Shown piece by piece: positions 50,201-63,189 of a DNA stretch of 64,000 nt (within the stretch, counting starts at the first letter, position 1; every line of letters begins with the position of its first letter). The position numbers were made by a program, and so were the translations under genes. Source of the stretch: Catajapyx aquilonaris. Taxonomy: Eukaryota. A model generated the notes under the pieces. The model did no database searches. It was not told where the DNA came from and was given only the letters and a program-made list of their open reading frames with translations. The stretch lies in the NCBI GenBank assembly GCA_000934665.2, contig JYFJ02000985.1, forward strand, positions 1-64,000. The letters run 5' to 3'.

Positions 50201-53200
50201 TAATTAATATGATATTAGATCGATCATAGCTCAAAAACTAATACGTATTTCTTCAAATAAAACACCAAAATTCATTTAAAAATAAGGACCAATTGTTTAC
50301 GCGAGTTTGCAAAAATGTAGGCTAGAGTTGCAGAAGAGTGTGGAGACGTCTCGTCACTGGTGGATTCATGTCACATGTTTTTTTTTTAAAGAAGTCCCCG
50401 TGGGCTGATAAGGGGCGTGGGACCCGAATGTCCGGGTCAAAATGGAGTCGTCCGCTGTAAATTGCGTCCGGTTTTCTTGGCAGCGGGGAAAAAGAAGGCC
50501 TCTCTCTCTTCTCTATTCTCTCTGTATAGAGGACGCCTTTTCCCGCCTTTTTTCACTCCGGAGATTTATCGATGCCTGGATCCTTTTTCGCTTGTCCGGT
50601 TGCAGAGACTCACAATGATGCGGGTGTCGGTGAATTACGGCCTCAACTTATTTTATTCAAGGGTTGGGTTCGGTTTGTGATCGACCCCCGAATTGCTTCT
50701 TTTACCAAAACCTTTAGGAGAGGTTGGGTTGAGTTTATTACATGAATCAGCCGGGAGCGGACATGGTTTAGGACTGGTTCACCTGGGTATGGAAATGATG
50801 CTGACTGGCCCACGGGCAGGATGAGGTAGCAGGAAGGCAGTCTCAGACAACATTTACGGATTTTTTTTTAAAAAAAAGAGAGATTGTAATCGACGGTGAC
50901 GTAATCTATCAGACTGGTGCACGTGCAACAAAGTGGTTAAAAAATGCAAATTTTTATGTACTATAACACGCAAAAAGATTGTTTCACTGTATGTCCGCGA
51001 CTTTTTGTTTACTCTCCTGCCGCAAGGGGCGTTGCCAAATACCTAGCAACGCCCCTTGAGGCAGGAGGGCAAACAAAAAGTCGCGGACACCACACGGATA
51101 CAGTGCGACAATCTTTTTGCGTGTTATAGTACACAGTGCATTGTGAACTTTTGCTGGGGCATTGTTGGCCACCGTATTACAAGGAAAAATATACAAATTC
51201 TGTGCCGATGGTAAATAGACGGTGTTATGCAATAATAAGTCAACCCACATGAGAACAGTTTTGAGAAAATGAGCTTTGAACTTCAACCTGAGGTAATACC
51301 TGTGAAATTAATTCAGTGTTTTCGGTCATTTATGGCAGAACGTGATTTTAACTGAATGAAGTAGGATCCTTTAGGTATAATTATGTTCCTATAGGCTCAT
51401 TTTGACATTTTTTGTGGGTTGACCCATTATTGCACAACACCGTCCAAATAAGGTAGCAGGTAATTAGCGGCTGCTACTAACTTTGGTTACCAATTTGCCA
51501 CCGATAGAGCGGATATTGAATGCACGATCTCTATCTCCAAGTAATTCGCATGATATGTGGCCTATTCCTGATAAGGCGTCGTAAGTGACAGGACACGAGC
51601 TTGAACAGGTGGGGGATTTACCCCCTTTATTCTTTCTCTCCTTCTCTCACTCCCATATGCACACTCACACACTTAGTTTTCCTTTGGACAAGGGCGGGGA
51701 AATAAATCTCTCCGTCCAATTGATTGTTTGTACACAAGTATACCCACAGATAAGGGTTGTCTCTTAAATCAAAGCAAATGTATAATTATCCGGGCGTGAA
51801 ATCTGGCTCCCACTCATCCCCGGCGACTTGCCACGCTGCTTTTTATTAATTTCAACACGCAAAGATAGAGGTACTGGAAAAGTGCCGATACGTGAAAATT
51901 CTTTTGGCCCGCCTTTTCCGATTGTAACAAAAGAAAGGAGCCCGAGGGTCATTCTTTAGAACTGATCATTTTGTGGAAATTATTATATAAAAATGAATTT
52001 TTATTGGAATTATTTTTCTGAGAGGTTTGTTTGTCACAACGTTTGGTTTGCGATGTACCGCGACGCAATAGATGAGGGATATTATAAAGGTGACCTTTGT
52101 TTTTCCGAGAATAGCCTGAGTCACCTACGCCATGTTAAAGAGGCGTAATCACAGACAGCGTGGGGCTTGCACCTGAGTATGTAGGTATTACACCTGAATA
52201 AATTAAACGTCGAGCCAGACGGTACGCAAAAAAAAGCGATGATTGCGCAACATGACTTAACATCTGTGTATATCTTTTCCATTGATTTGCCTTATGACCT
52301 ATAGATATTAATTATTATAATTTGATTAATGTGTTGATTGTGGAATTCCAGGTAGCAGAGAAGCAGCGTTCATGTATGCTGTGTCGAGTGCGGGTGTAGC
52401 CTATGCCATAACTCAGTCTTGTGCCAGGGGAAACATCTCTTCGTGCGGGTGCGACTCCAGCAAGAGGGGCGGGGGCGGTAAGGGGCGGCCCCCGGCTCCA
52501 GGAGGCTGGAAGTGGGGCGGCTGTAGCGCCGATGTCGGGGCAGGAATGAGGCTGGCCAGGCGCTTCGTCGACGCCAGAGAAATCGAAGGAGACGGAAGGA
52601 GTCTCATGAACCTGCACAACAACAAGGCAGGAAGGAAGGTAAAAAAAAACAACGGTCCCAACAATTAAAAAGTAACAATGAATGTGGTTGGAGCTGGTGT
52701 CGACATGATTAAAGTGGAGCCACATCCTTTGGGATGCTGCCTGGAATGAGGAGCACATACACACTTGAGGCCTCCAGGGCCGCAGCTCGTAAACCAAAGA
52801 GACTGTCAAACTTCCCAGGGGGTCTTGCGATGGTAGGGGGTGGGCAGCAGCAGCAGCAAAAGGCACAGTTGATTTATGCCAGGCCATTTGTTATTTCGGT
52901 CTATAAATCCAGCTCAGGGTGCGGGTCCCGGTGTGGGCTTTGGTGTATAAGACTGGCGGGTCAAACTGCTGCGTATGGGGCTCTTCCCAACCAATTAATT
53001 GTTGCAGGCGGTGAAGGCCAACCTGCTGACCGAGTGCAAGTGTCACGGGGTGTCAGGCTCGTGCACCCTCAAGACCTGCTGGAGGACCCTGCCTCCGTTC
53101 AGGAGGATCGGAGACCACCTGATGCAGAAGTACCACAGGGCCAAGGCGGCGGTGGCCACTCCGACTCTTCTCTCTGGAGGAGGAGGAGGCCTTCAGCAGC

Positions 53201-53615
53201 AGATGGTCGGAAGAAGGCACGTTTCTGCTGGGGCGGCCCACGGGCGGATGCACCTCCTGCTGAAGCGTAGGGGCAACAGGGCACCCAGGAAGCCCAGGAG
53301 AACGGATCTAGTCTATCTGCACAAGTCGCCCAACTACTGCGAGCGAGATTTGGCCAGAGGATCGCTTGGGACTTACGGCAGGAAGTGCAACAGGACCTCT
53401 GCAGGTGGGTTCGATTCGGATTCATCTGATCAATGTATACGACTGATCAATTGACCGTTGCAGGTACCGACGGATGCGACCTGATGTGCTGCGGTCGAGG
53501 CTACAACACGCACCAGTACACCCGCACGTGGCAATGCAGATGCAAGTTCTTCTGGTGCTGCTATGTCGAGTGTGCCACATGCAGCGAGAGGTCAGAGGTG
53601 TATACGTGCAAGTGA
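38222..53615 (+). CDS. Wnt7: Wnt7 ligand (5 exons)
   Basis: Exons 38222-38292 (signal peptide [23 protein letters not shown]), 47058-47284 ([18 protein letters not shown], Wnt7-diagnostic), 52352-52638, 53008-53404 ([10 protein letters not shown]) and 53464-53615 ([29 protein letters not shown]...YTCK*). All phases are consistent. Confidence 0.93.
38540..39005. mobile_element. Two inverted copies of a ~230-bp MITE forming a foldback
   Basis: 38540-38769 has TIRs TAGTGAACCCGTT...AACGGGTTCACTA; 38820-39005 is a reverse-complement, truncated copy. Confidence 0.7.
45998..46140 (+). mobile_element. Helitron-like element fragment (5' part)
   Basis: Shares CTGTATGT..AACCCACTTTCGGA.TACTGAGAGTG..AACTTGGCAC..GATT.AGGGAAAAGTC with the 60106-60774 element and partly with fragments near 62125-62235 and 62785-62865. 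Confidence 0.55.
47409..47775. mobile_element. P-element-like MITE, copy 1 (7-bp TSD ATTTGGC)
   Basis: TIR CAGGGAGCATATA...TATATGCTCCCTG; long internal palindrome; ATTTGGC on both flanks. Confidence 0.85.
49717..50080. mobile_element. P-element-like MITE, copy 2 (7-bp TSD CTGGCGG), inverted relative to copy 1
   Basis: Same TIRs; CTGGCGG on both flanks. Confidence 0.85.
50959..51131. mobile_element. Palindromic MITE
   Basis: TACTATAACACGCAAAAAGATTGT ... ACAATCTTTTTGCGTGTTATAGTA; nearly a complete hairpin. Confidence 0.7.
51218..51444. mobile_element. MITE with ~30-bp TIRs
   Basis: GACGGTGTTATGCAATAATAAGTCAACCCACA ... TGTGGGTTGACCCATTATTGCACAACACCGTC. Confidence 0.6.
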
Positions 53616-56600
53616 ACTGATCCATGTGACAAGTACCGGTATTGAAAGCGCTGCGAAGGACAACTTATCCCTCCTATGACAAGAAAAGACATCGCTGTAG
53701 CATAATTTTTATATTTCATTATAATTATTATCCCTTTAGAGGCTGGATTTTTATAAGTTATTGTGCTAAACTTTTTTTTTTGCACACGAAGTTGTAGATC
53801 GAGGTAGAACAGTTTTAATTGAATTTTTCAGATTTAACAGCTATGCAGGGTTGTGCTCTGACCAAGTCGAGTTCAAGACCAGAAGAAGAGTTGTGCACCT
53901 CAGTAACTAGAAGTTGCTGTGTCTGAAATGGACCAGCAAAATGCTTATTTCAAACTAAATGTACCCTTATGCACTGGGTGATCAATATCGGTTTTTCGTC
54001 GACTCTGGCAGTGCACTACCCATCACGTGTATAGGTTCTAAAAAAATATTAAAAGACGCCAATATGTCTGTAAATGTGTATAAGGCCTAGTCCTGTTGCT
54101 GTGTACCATATGCTGTGCCTTGGAACCCCAGCCGATTTTTATATCTAAAATAAACGATTATATCTTTGCGAGTACACCTGTATGTCTCTGCTTGTCTCAT
54201 GCATTGTGCAACCAGCAGCCCCTGGGTTCTTATTGAAACTCTTCGGTGCGGAAGAGCAGCAGGAGGATAAATCCTATACCCGTGGGATCAACTAAGGTGA
54301 GATTATGCCAACAGTAAGATCCGGATTAGTTCGGATTAGCAGCAACAGCATGTTTCATCCGAGTCTTCTGCATTCCCATCATGTTTGCTAGAGATATTCA
54401 TAGGTGGTAATTTCCGTGGGTGCTTGGTCGAAAATAAAGGGTAAGCCTGGTGTGCTTCTGATGGGGAAGGGTGAGAGACCAGGTGCGCAAAAAGCCATGC
54501 GAGAATGTTTGGGGGGAGCGGGGGCATCGTACAGTGTTGAAGAGTCTGTTGGAGCGAGAGTAATATGTCGCCTCTCCTAAACCATACATGCATATTGGGG
54601 AGGGCCAGTCTGGTCCAGGTTGAATGGGTCCATCCGAGCGGACTTTTGCTGCTGGGGCTACCACTGCTGAACTATTACGGGGGCTAGTCAAAAGGGTCCT
54701 TTTGTGGCCAAGGGCGTCTAGTTAGCTGGCTTCTCCCGCATCCGCACAGCTGGAGGGATGGTTACCTTTTTCTCTCTCTTTTTTCATTTTTTTTAGTCGA
54801 GTCGTGGGGGATAGTATTCACACGAGCCTTGTCCCAAAAAGAGGGGATAAAGACTATTGTTCTACCTGATGTCACACGTCTGTACCAACTAGAGCAATGA
54901 AGGTAATTTGGGGGTGACATTTCAATTTCATTTTTTTAAACTTCATGAAGCTATGTACTGAGTAGTGGACATTGATGTTTCAATATGTGTTTCCTGCCCC
55001 TCCTTCCCATCCCTTTGGGGGCTCCTCTTGTGTGATGGGGTTGAGAGGGGACCTCCTACTGATGAGCCTGGATATATACGAGGGCAGTCAGGCGGCAGAC
55101 CCTTTTACATCTTTTTCCCCCGGCCACGACCCCCATATACATGCTAATAAGTGATGAAAGGCTGGAAGAGAACCCGGCTGTTCCCTGCTAAATATTTATG
55201 CTTTTTAAAAAAATAAGGAGGCTAATTACGGAGCTTCGTCTTGTGAATTGTCGGAGGTCAAGTTCATTCCGTTGAGGGCGTGTGTCGCTACACCTGATTT
55301 AAGACAGCGCATTGCTGCCGCGCTTGTTTCCTAATCTGGACGACATGGAAATACTCTTAGGGTCAACACGTTTTTTAGCAGGAGGTTTATATTCTTCCGA
55401 ACCTGGGGTCCCAGGAGGCCTCACCCCCAAAAAATAAAACGGGACGGATAAATCTTGGTTGTTGTACAGGGCATGTTGTCGCGGGTTTGGTGTGAAATAG
55501 GTGATAGCTCCTTTGTTCGAGTGTCAAGGTGGAGGAAAAATGTGATTAATAGTTCAGACTTAGTGGGACAGGTTGGCATGTGAAGAAGTTAGGCGCATTA
55601 TGTCGTAGGTTGTAGTGTAGTGCATGTACTGCGGAATATTGTGGCCGATGTCTTGAATTTTTAAGTCAGTAGACTTTAAAAAAAATTGCGGCTGACAAAA
55701 TTCTGCCGATAATTATTAACTCTAAGTAGGAGTTTCTGAGATATTGTTTAAAAATTCGTGCAAAATTAGATCAGTGTGTATGTTTTTCTTTGGCAAAGTT
55801 ACCTGTTCCGGAATGGACAGGTTTTCCGTTGTGTCCACTGAACTTACCTGTTTCTTGCACCAGGCCAGGCAATCTTAACATTGGTACGCCATCTGCTAGC
55901 ATTAAAAGCAAACAAGCTGAACTTTCATCCTTAAGGTATGCAACCGCCATGTGGGTTGCATGCACTTCAGGATAACTTTTGTGTATTTGAAAAAAGGACA
56001 GGGTGGCCCCTTTTAATGTATATCCACACTAATCAGAGGACAGCAGCATGTGAAACGATATATTTGACACCTCGTTATACGAACAAGGTTTTTACAGTCG
56101 TGACCACCAAATATAGACACCAATAAAATGTACACCGTTTGCTGCATGGAAAAAGATAGTACAAAACACCGACACATTATTGTTGGCCATATCTGCCGCT
56201 TACATGACTGATTTTCACACCACCTCCCCCATTTTCCCCCCTACATAGTTAGCTTATGTACAATCAGAGAGTCACAGCTATGCTGTAGAGACTAGAGCCA
56301 AAACAAAGGTTTTGTAAGAGTGAGGTATATCTCTCGTTCCGTTATATTATTTTGTGACAGGATAAAATTGCTAAGAATAATTTTCAGAGCTGGGGGGGAT
56401 GACAAAAATTGCGACGTGCTACTCTCTTTTCTTCTTTTTTTTTAAATAACGTACTCTTTTCGACAGCAATCACGTTGAAACATTTAAGTACAAACACAAA
56501 AAAAGTACACATCTCTAATGCCGTCTGATGAGGTCGTATAAATTGTTGTTTCACCACTGCTTTTTTTTAAATACTTATTTTCGTCTCAGTGTCATTATTT

Positions 56601-56685
56601 TTTTTGTTCTCATGTATTTCACACTCTTGTACTTTGGCCAGTTCGCTGTTTTTTTATTTTATTTTATCGTGGAATATTTTTTCTC

Positions 56686-59164
56686 TCACTTGCAAGTGTG
56701 AATGTCCACAACCTTGACACAAGTCTTGCATTCCACGTAACAACACCAGTGGAACTTGCAGTGGCATCTCTCTCTGACCGTGGCCTTCTGGGTGTTGTAG
56801 CCTCTTCCACAGCAGAGGAGCTTACAACCATCCATACCTTGGGAGGTACGGTTGCACACACGACCATGGGTACCTGCAATGGAATTAATTGTGGTAAGTA
56901 CTGCAATTATTACACCTTATGTGCTCGCAATGGGCCATTCCGATTCGTGCCAATTATTTTCCAAAAAAATTCGTGTGACGTAACGCACACGTGTATTTTC
57001 CTGACACGTTTTTCTGGTCTGTAAGAGAAAAAGATGGATCTGGTGCCTGCAAGTCCGGTAGACGAACATGGCAGATAAGCGGGACTGCTACAAGACTCCT
57101 TCCCTTGAGCAATCAATTATTATTTTTTTCTTCACTCTCCCAACCTTTCCGATATATGTAAGTCAGGGGGACGCGTGATGGGCGTGTCCAAAGCAGTTTG
57201 GCCCACCTGCAAATTTATGAATGGCCGCCGATAAGAAACGTGTGCTGCCTGACCTCATGTGTGAGTATGTGTCCAGTCCTCGAACAGTAAATCCAGCAAT
57301 GAATAATATCTGTTGACACTTATACAGCAAATAAATAATATATTAATAACAGTTCTTTTTAATCAGCTTTTTTCAGAGGACAAAGTATTTCCAGGCAGTA
57401 TGTGGCTTGGGGGACATGTGAGTCATCATCACATACGCACACAGTCGCCTTTGTCATCTCCAAAATGTTTTCTCGTCCAGCGAACCTCAATGGTCACAAT
57501 TCCGCCCCCTATCCTCACGGGCTGCCTAATTAAGCTTATTATTCCATTCAAATTGACACGATTAATTCGAAGCCCCCCCCCCCTCTGACTCTCTGGTAGC
57601 CCAATTTGCATTTCGCTCGAGCATAAAATAAATCCATAAAGGAATGGAAGGGAGAGAGAAAAATGGACATCACATGTAAGCAACTTCAAAGGCTGGTTAA
57701 ATCTAGTGTGAAAACTTAAGGGGGGATATCCGCGATAATTGCACGTGCTTCGGTTATCCCCCCCCCCCAGTAATTATAATTATTCTGATCATCTCTACAT
57801 ACTGTACGAAAAAATGGTCGTTGGAGATCATTAGTCTGAAGCTGGAGTCCAATGTGACTGAAACAAGTTTCCAGCCTCAAGATTTATGGAGGGTTTGATT
57901 CTTTAACGGACAGGTTGACATTTTTTTCGAGAGTTTTTTTTTAAAATACCTGTGCACGTGGCAAGTTCACACATGCGGAGAGTTATGTGAAAAGGAAAAT
58001 TGGAGCGATCGGATGACAATTTCGTTAATCACGTCGCAAATTAACCTGGACGAATTGCTCGACCGGGGTTGATTGATAAACCCCTCTCTGCGGGTTCGTC
58101 GCTCGGGTTTTAATAAATTGCCTGGCCGTTTGCTGTCGATTAAATCTATTTGTATTACTGCCCCTGCTGCTCTTAGTTTATGCCAACCAATCTGACCAAC
58201 AGCCGGAATATTCAGAGAGGTTGTTTAACTTAAACGCGCATTATAAGGAGTGAAATACCGTGTAAGATTACTAATTAAATACCAATCACAAACGAACTGG
58301 CCGATTTTAAGACATACCTGTCACTGTTAGGTCGATTAATCAATGGGTGGCTATAATTTTTTAAATTCATATACATAAAATATTTTTTTATATTATATCT
58401 ATCTCTCTTCCCCCTGTTGGCGCCTTGGTCCAAGGCAAATTTATGCTTCCCTAATAGAGCGTAATTTACGGCGCCTCTCGGGGCAGGCTAATTGGCGGGT
58501 TGGGGCCTCAGTTAGTTGCTTCTCTGGATGTTTTATGGGCCCAAAGAGAGCCCCATCACCTTCCCACCACTCATGACCAGTCCCCCCCCTTCCTTTTTAA
58601 TGTTCACCTGAGGATGAATGAAGCATCGGTCTGGACCGGACCTATATGATGGGCATGGTCAGAAAATGCAGGCCCACTAGACACACGCGGCCATCTGCGC
58701 GAGCATCTATGGAATATCTGCGCGCGCAGATGTTGCGCGCGCAGACACAAACTGCAATGTAGTCAGAGTGTCATAGAGTCATCTTAACCATAATGATTTT
58801 CACCTAGAGATCCGATGGTCCTGTTGCGCACGCAGTAATCCGGCGACTCCTCCATGTAGACCAGGTCGTTGGCTGTAGGCAGCGAGAAGCGAGGATCCCG
58901 GATTTGCAGCCGGCCTCTCCTGTTGACCTTGACCTCAGTGGCCCCGTCGTACTTGTCCTTCAGGTAGTCACCTGTCCAGAGATTACGTTACATTGATTTG
59001 TCCTGGTCATATGTTGTGACATGCAGAACAGCAAATGAGGAAGGGGCTATAAGAAACTCACCCACTTCCCTGAATGGAGCCATTTGCTGCCAGCAGGTGA
59101 CCAGGCTGCATGACCCAGACACTCCGTGACACTTGCAGGTGACCCTTGTCTTCTTGATCACCGC
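56686..59164 (-). CDS. Wnt5: Wnt5 ligand, last three exons (5' exons not found in the window)
   Basis: Exons 59164-59062 [34 protein letters not shown], 58971-58804 [56 protein letters not shown] and 56873-56686 [30 protein letters not shown]...HTCK*. Confidence 0.9.
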
Positions 59165-60105
59165 CTGTTATGAGAGAAAAAAAGTGTAATATGACATGGA
59201 AATATGGTGGGCTTAGAAATTCGTTTGATTGGACCAAACATGGCGGCGCCCATGTAGCATAGACCTATCGTTCTCTACATGCAATGGAAATATTTCACAA
59301 ATTGTGCATCCGGAAGTATACCAGGCGTAAATAAATGGGGGGGAAAAATGTCTGGCTTCCAACAATGTAAACCGCATCCGTCCAATTAAATAGAGCACTT
59401 GCTTTGTCCCACCCCCAACCAATCAGAACCGTCGCAGAAAAGAAAAGCTGCAGCCCATAACCAGTAATGTTCTACCAGCAAACGCTCTCATTTAGATTTG
59501 CCCAGCAGATTTTCCTTCCTCTTATATATTTTTTTCTTTCTCTTTTTATCCGCGGCTTCTATTGGCGGTGAAATATGGTCGGCTCGATCCGTAGCTTGCA
59601 GCAGATTCAATTAGATTAGTCAGTATAGCCCCTGGATTGACTCGACCCATTGGCGTAATGGGCCTTTTTCTTAGCAGCCTCTCTCCCCTAGTCGCAAGCT
59701 CGTGTATCATGATGAGTATCGAAAGGGATCCGCCATTTTTTCTCTCTCTCTCTATCTTTTCTCTTAGGGTTCAGATTTCCTGAATGTAGTCTGGGAGCAA
59801 TTTACGACGATGAAACGAGGCGCCGATAACATCGTTATGAGCCGAATTTTATTTATACCTCCACTTTGGGCTCCAGGCTGATATAAAATTCATTAACTTA
59901 CTTGTAAGGGGTGGGGGGGGNGGGGGGAAGTGGAGGGAGAATGTTCTTTGCGAGCTGGAAACCGGATTTAATGGATTGAGCAAGCAGCTCAAAAGCGCTT
60001 TTCAAGCCATTAGCATAGCTCGTGGGGAGAAGACAAAATAGCTCTATTGCACCGTGTTATTGATGTAAGTCGCTACCAAGTTGCTGTTTATTTAAATGTA
60101 ATTAA

Positions 60106-60774
60106 CTAGCAGCTGAGCCCGTTCTTCGCACAGCATGTTTCCATGATAAAGTATGCCAAGTATAGTAGACAGGAATAGTCCTGAATTTAGACTCAAAAAA
60201 AGTGCGGTTTTCGGACTAGACCGGACTAGACTAGACTAGACTAAACCGGACTAGACTATGCCGTAGACCGAAATAGTCCTAAATTTAGACTAAAAAGTGC
60301 GGTTTTCGGGCTAGACCGGGCTAGACCGGACTAGACTAGACTAGACTAGACCGGACTACACTATGCCGTAGACCGAAATAGTCCTAAATTTAGACTAAAA
60401 AGTGCGGTTTTCGGACTAGACCGGACTAGACCGGACTAGACTAGACTAGACCGGACTAGACTATGCCGTAGACCGGAATAGCTCTCAATTTAGACTAAAA
60501 AGTGCGGTTTTCGGACTAGACCGGACTAGACTAGACTGGACTAGACCGGGCTAGACCGGACTAGACTAGACTAGACCGGACTAGACTATGCCGTAGACCG
60601 GAATAGTCCTCAATTTAGACTCAAAAAAGTGCAATTTTCTGACTTTTCCCTGAATCAGGCCACATAAGACAGTATATCTGGTGTGCCAAGTTCGTCTCAC
60701 TCTCAGTAGTCCGAAAGTGGGTTGGTAGTTCGAACATATACATACAGACAATCTTTCTGATTTATTGTGTAAAT
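60106..60774 (-). mobile_element. Non-autonomous Helitron-like element with internal tandem array
   Basis: Minus-strand 3' end ...CTGTGCGAAGAACGGGCTCAGCTGCTAG (imperfect subterminal hairpin then CTAG); 5' part has TGTCTGTATGT and the shared family motif; no TIRs. Confidence 0.65.
60171..60640. repeat. Higher-order tandem repeat: ~100-125-bp units containing CTAGA/CCGGA pentamer runs
   Basis: 4-5 copies of AATAGTCCTAAATTTAGACTAAAAAGTGCGGTTTTCGG(ACTAG/ACCGG)nACTATGCCGTAGACCG. Confidence 0.9.
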
Positions 60775-62245
60775 ATTCTAGCCCAAGTTGCACCACAAAA
60801 TGATACCGTACTTATAATGTAACCTTGATTTGACAGTAGAAATAACAGACTGGCCAAACACATGGGCACGGCTCGATTAACGTGGCGCTAACTTGATGAT
60901 AAGCAAATAGTGGAAAATGCCCCCCTCCCCACAACCTCCCACCCTGATGAAATCATTAGGGCTAACGGGGCTAATGAATGTTGTCGCCCTCCCAGTGCAA
61001 TGAAATTAAACCGGAGAAAGCGGGGCCCAAAATTTCATGAGGTTCATTTCCAGAAGCGGCCATACTGTTAGTTGAAGTGCATTCATTTTGAGCCTCTTTT
61101 TTATCCTAACTGGCGGCCATCTTAGAAGTTGAGAAAATTAGATGGGCCGGATATGCAGAGAGAGGAAATTAACTAACGGGTCATCCTCTTGGGAGGAGTT
61201 TGGTCCGCCTTATCCCTCGAGCCACGCTGACGGTTTATATTTACCTTAAAAAAATAAATATATATAAAAAAGGAAGGCTGCTGGGTGTAGAATATCACCC
61301 ATTCAAAGTGCGAGATAAGACAAAAAGCCCCCTGGTGGCTGGGAATCGATGCGGGAATTATACGGCTCCCCATCCATGGTAATGAACCGATTCCGTCTTT
61401 TTGCCCTGGCCAAACTGCCTAATAAATTTCAGGGGGGCGCACTCTTATCGCCGCTTATTCAATATTGGTTGCTTATCGGGAGGGAGTTCGGAAACATCAG
61501 CGATGTGGCAACGGTGGAAATGCGACCGTGGCCAGATATGACTCGCGTTTTAATTGGCTAAGAGGATTCGACGTTGCCATATTTTTTTAAAATTTCAACC
61601 CGGGCGATTTAAAATGTGTGATTCCGGTCCGGGGGGTTGAGCTTCAAAATTGATGAGGTACATGCGTTAGGCAAGTTGATCACTCGATCAGGTGTAATGT
61701 GTGTGGGTGGAGTGCGTGTCATGCTCGGAGAGGCGCGTCGGAACCCACATCCCTTTTCCACCCTGCCGACCCGCAGGCGTCCAGATGGAAATAGAGATGT
61801 CCTGGGGAACCCACCCCACCCTCTGCCCCCCCCTTTCTATAGACAACACATGCCCTAGGTTTTTCTTCCCACCCCACCACAATGGAATGATAAATGACCC
61901 CTCCGTCTCCCAGGGGTCACCTTACAAATCCCGCTAAATCCACCCAATCACCGAGGTGCAAACGGACCCTCTCATCGCCCGCGTTTGTCAAGCTTTGGGA
62001 GGCCAATAGAGGGGGTTGGGAGGGCATGGGAAATAAGGACCCCCATTTTGGCAACTGTAGGGGGTTGAATCCACAGGGTGTTTCATTATTGCACGACCAG
62101 CACGCGATTATGTGGACGAATATCTTCCTATACATAATAAAGCAGAAAGTTTGTTTGTATGTCCTGGCTACCTAACCCACTTCCGCACTACTGAGAGTGC
62201 TGAACGTTATACTAATTACTTTACTAATCTCTCTATATGCTTATG

Positions 62246-62442
62246 CAGGGTGTTCCAGGTTCGTGGGTCACTTTTTGATAACTGATATCCCCCGATAGCG
62301 GTTATTTTTTGTAGCTTGTTGTGCATCTAACCATATGCTCCATTCTATAGCACCTGCTATATTCGACCCATGATACAAAAAATAACTGTTATCGGGCGAT
62401 ATCAAGTTATCAAAAAGTGACATACGAACTTGGAACACCTTG
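62246..62442. mobile_element. Tc1/mariner-like MITE
   Basis: CAGGGTGTTCCAGGTTCGT..GTCACTTTTTGATAACT ... AGTTATCAAAAAGTGACATACGAACTTGGAACACCTTG-TA. Confidence 0.7.
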
Positions 62443-62446
62443 TATA

Positions 62447-62780
62447 CAGGGTGTCTCAACTTTTTTGTCCGAACAGTTATCGGAAAATTGCACGTAGCTG
62501 CTACTCTGTAAGCAGTGACTTGCAAACGGTGATTTTCCTGAGGAGCGGGCAATATTCCCTGCGAATCCTATAGGTTGAAGTGGCTTACATGCTGCCCGCT
62601 GAAAATTGAGGGTCAAGCCGGGGAAAAAGAGGGTCACACATGCCATGGGATGTGTGACCTCTCTTTTGCCCCATTCCCCATTCCTCCGACAAATCACCGG
62701 TTGCAAGTCACTGCTTACAAAGTAGCAGCTACGTGCAATTTTTCCATAACTGTTCGGACAAAAAAAGTTGAGACACCCTG
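62447..62780. mobile_element. Tc1/mariner-like MITE with ~85-bp TIRs
   Basis: TA-CAGGGTGTCTCAACTTTTTTTGTCCGAACAG ... CTGTTCGGACAAAAAAAGTTGAGACACCCTG-TA. Confidence 0.85.
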
Positions 62781-62866
62781 TATATAAGAAAAAGTGTGTC
62801 TGTATGTCCGGGCCACCTAACCCACTTGCTGAAACTTACCCAAATTACTTTACTAATTTTTCTATA

Positions 62867-63189
62867 CAGTTGAATCCCGATATAACAGTTCAAGGGACGG
62901 AGGAAAAAGTATGAAGTGTTAGATCAGTGACGGATGAGAAAAGTCATCCCCTCTTGAGTAGGCTATACACACAGTGTTACGTCCTCGTGTGGGAAAGGAA
63001 GCTGAGTAATCAAAAACAGCACATTTTCCCACCTATAGGGGCCAAAAATGGTCGGTTACAGCCGAGGTGAGATGAAAATGAGTATGTTATATCAGGAGTA
63101 AAAAATACACATGCGTTTTTTATGAAAGTATGGATGGACCGGCCTTTCGAGTCCGTTATAGCCGAGGGTGTTATAGTCGGATTCAACTG
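62867..63189. mobile_element. pogo/Tc1-like MITE
   Basis: TA-CAGTTGAATCCCGATATAAC ... GTTATAGTCGGATTCAACTG-TA. Confidence 0.75.
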
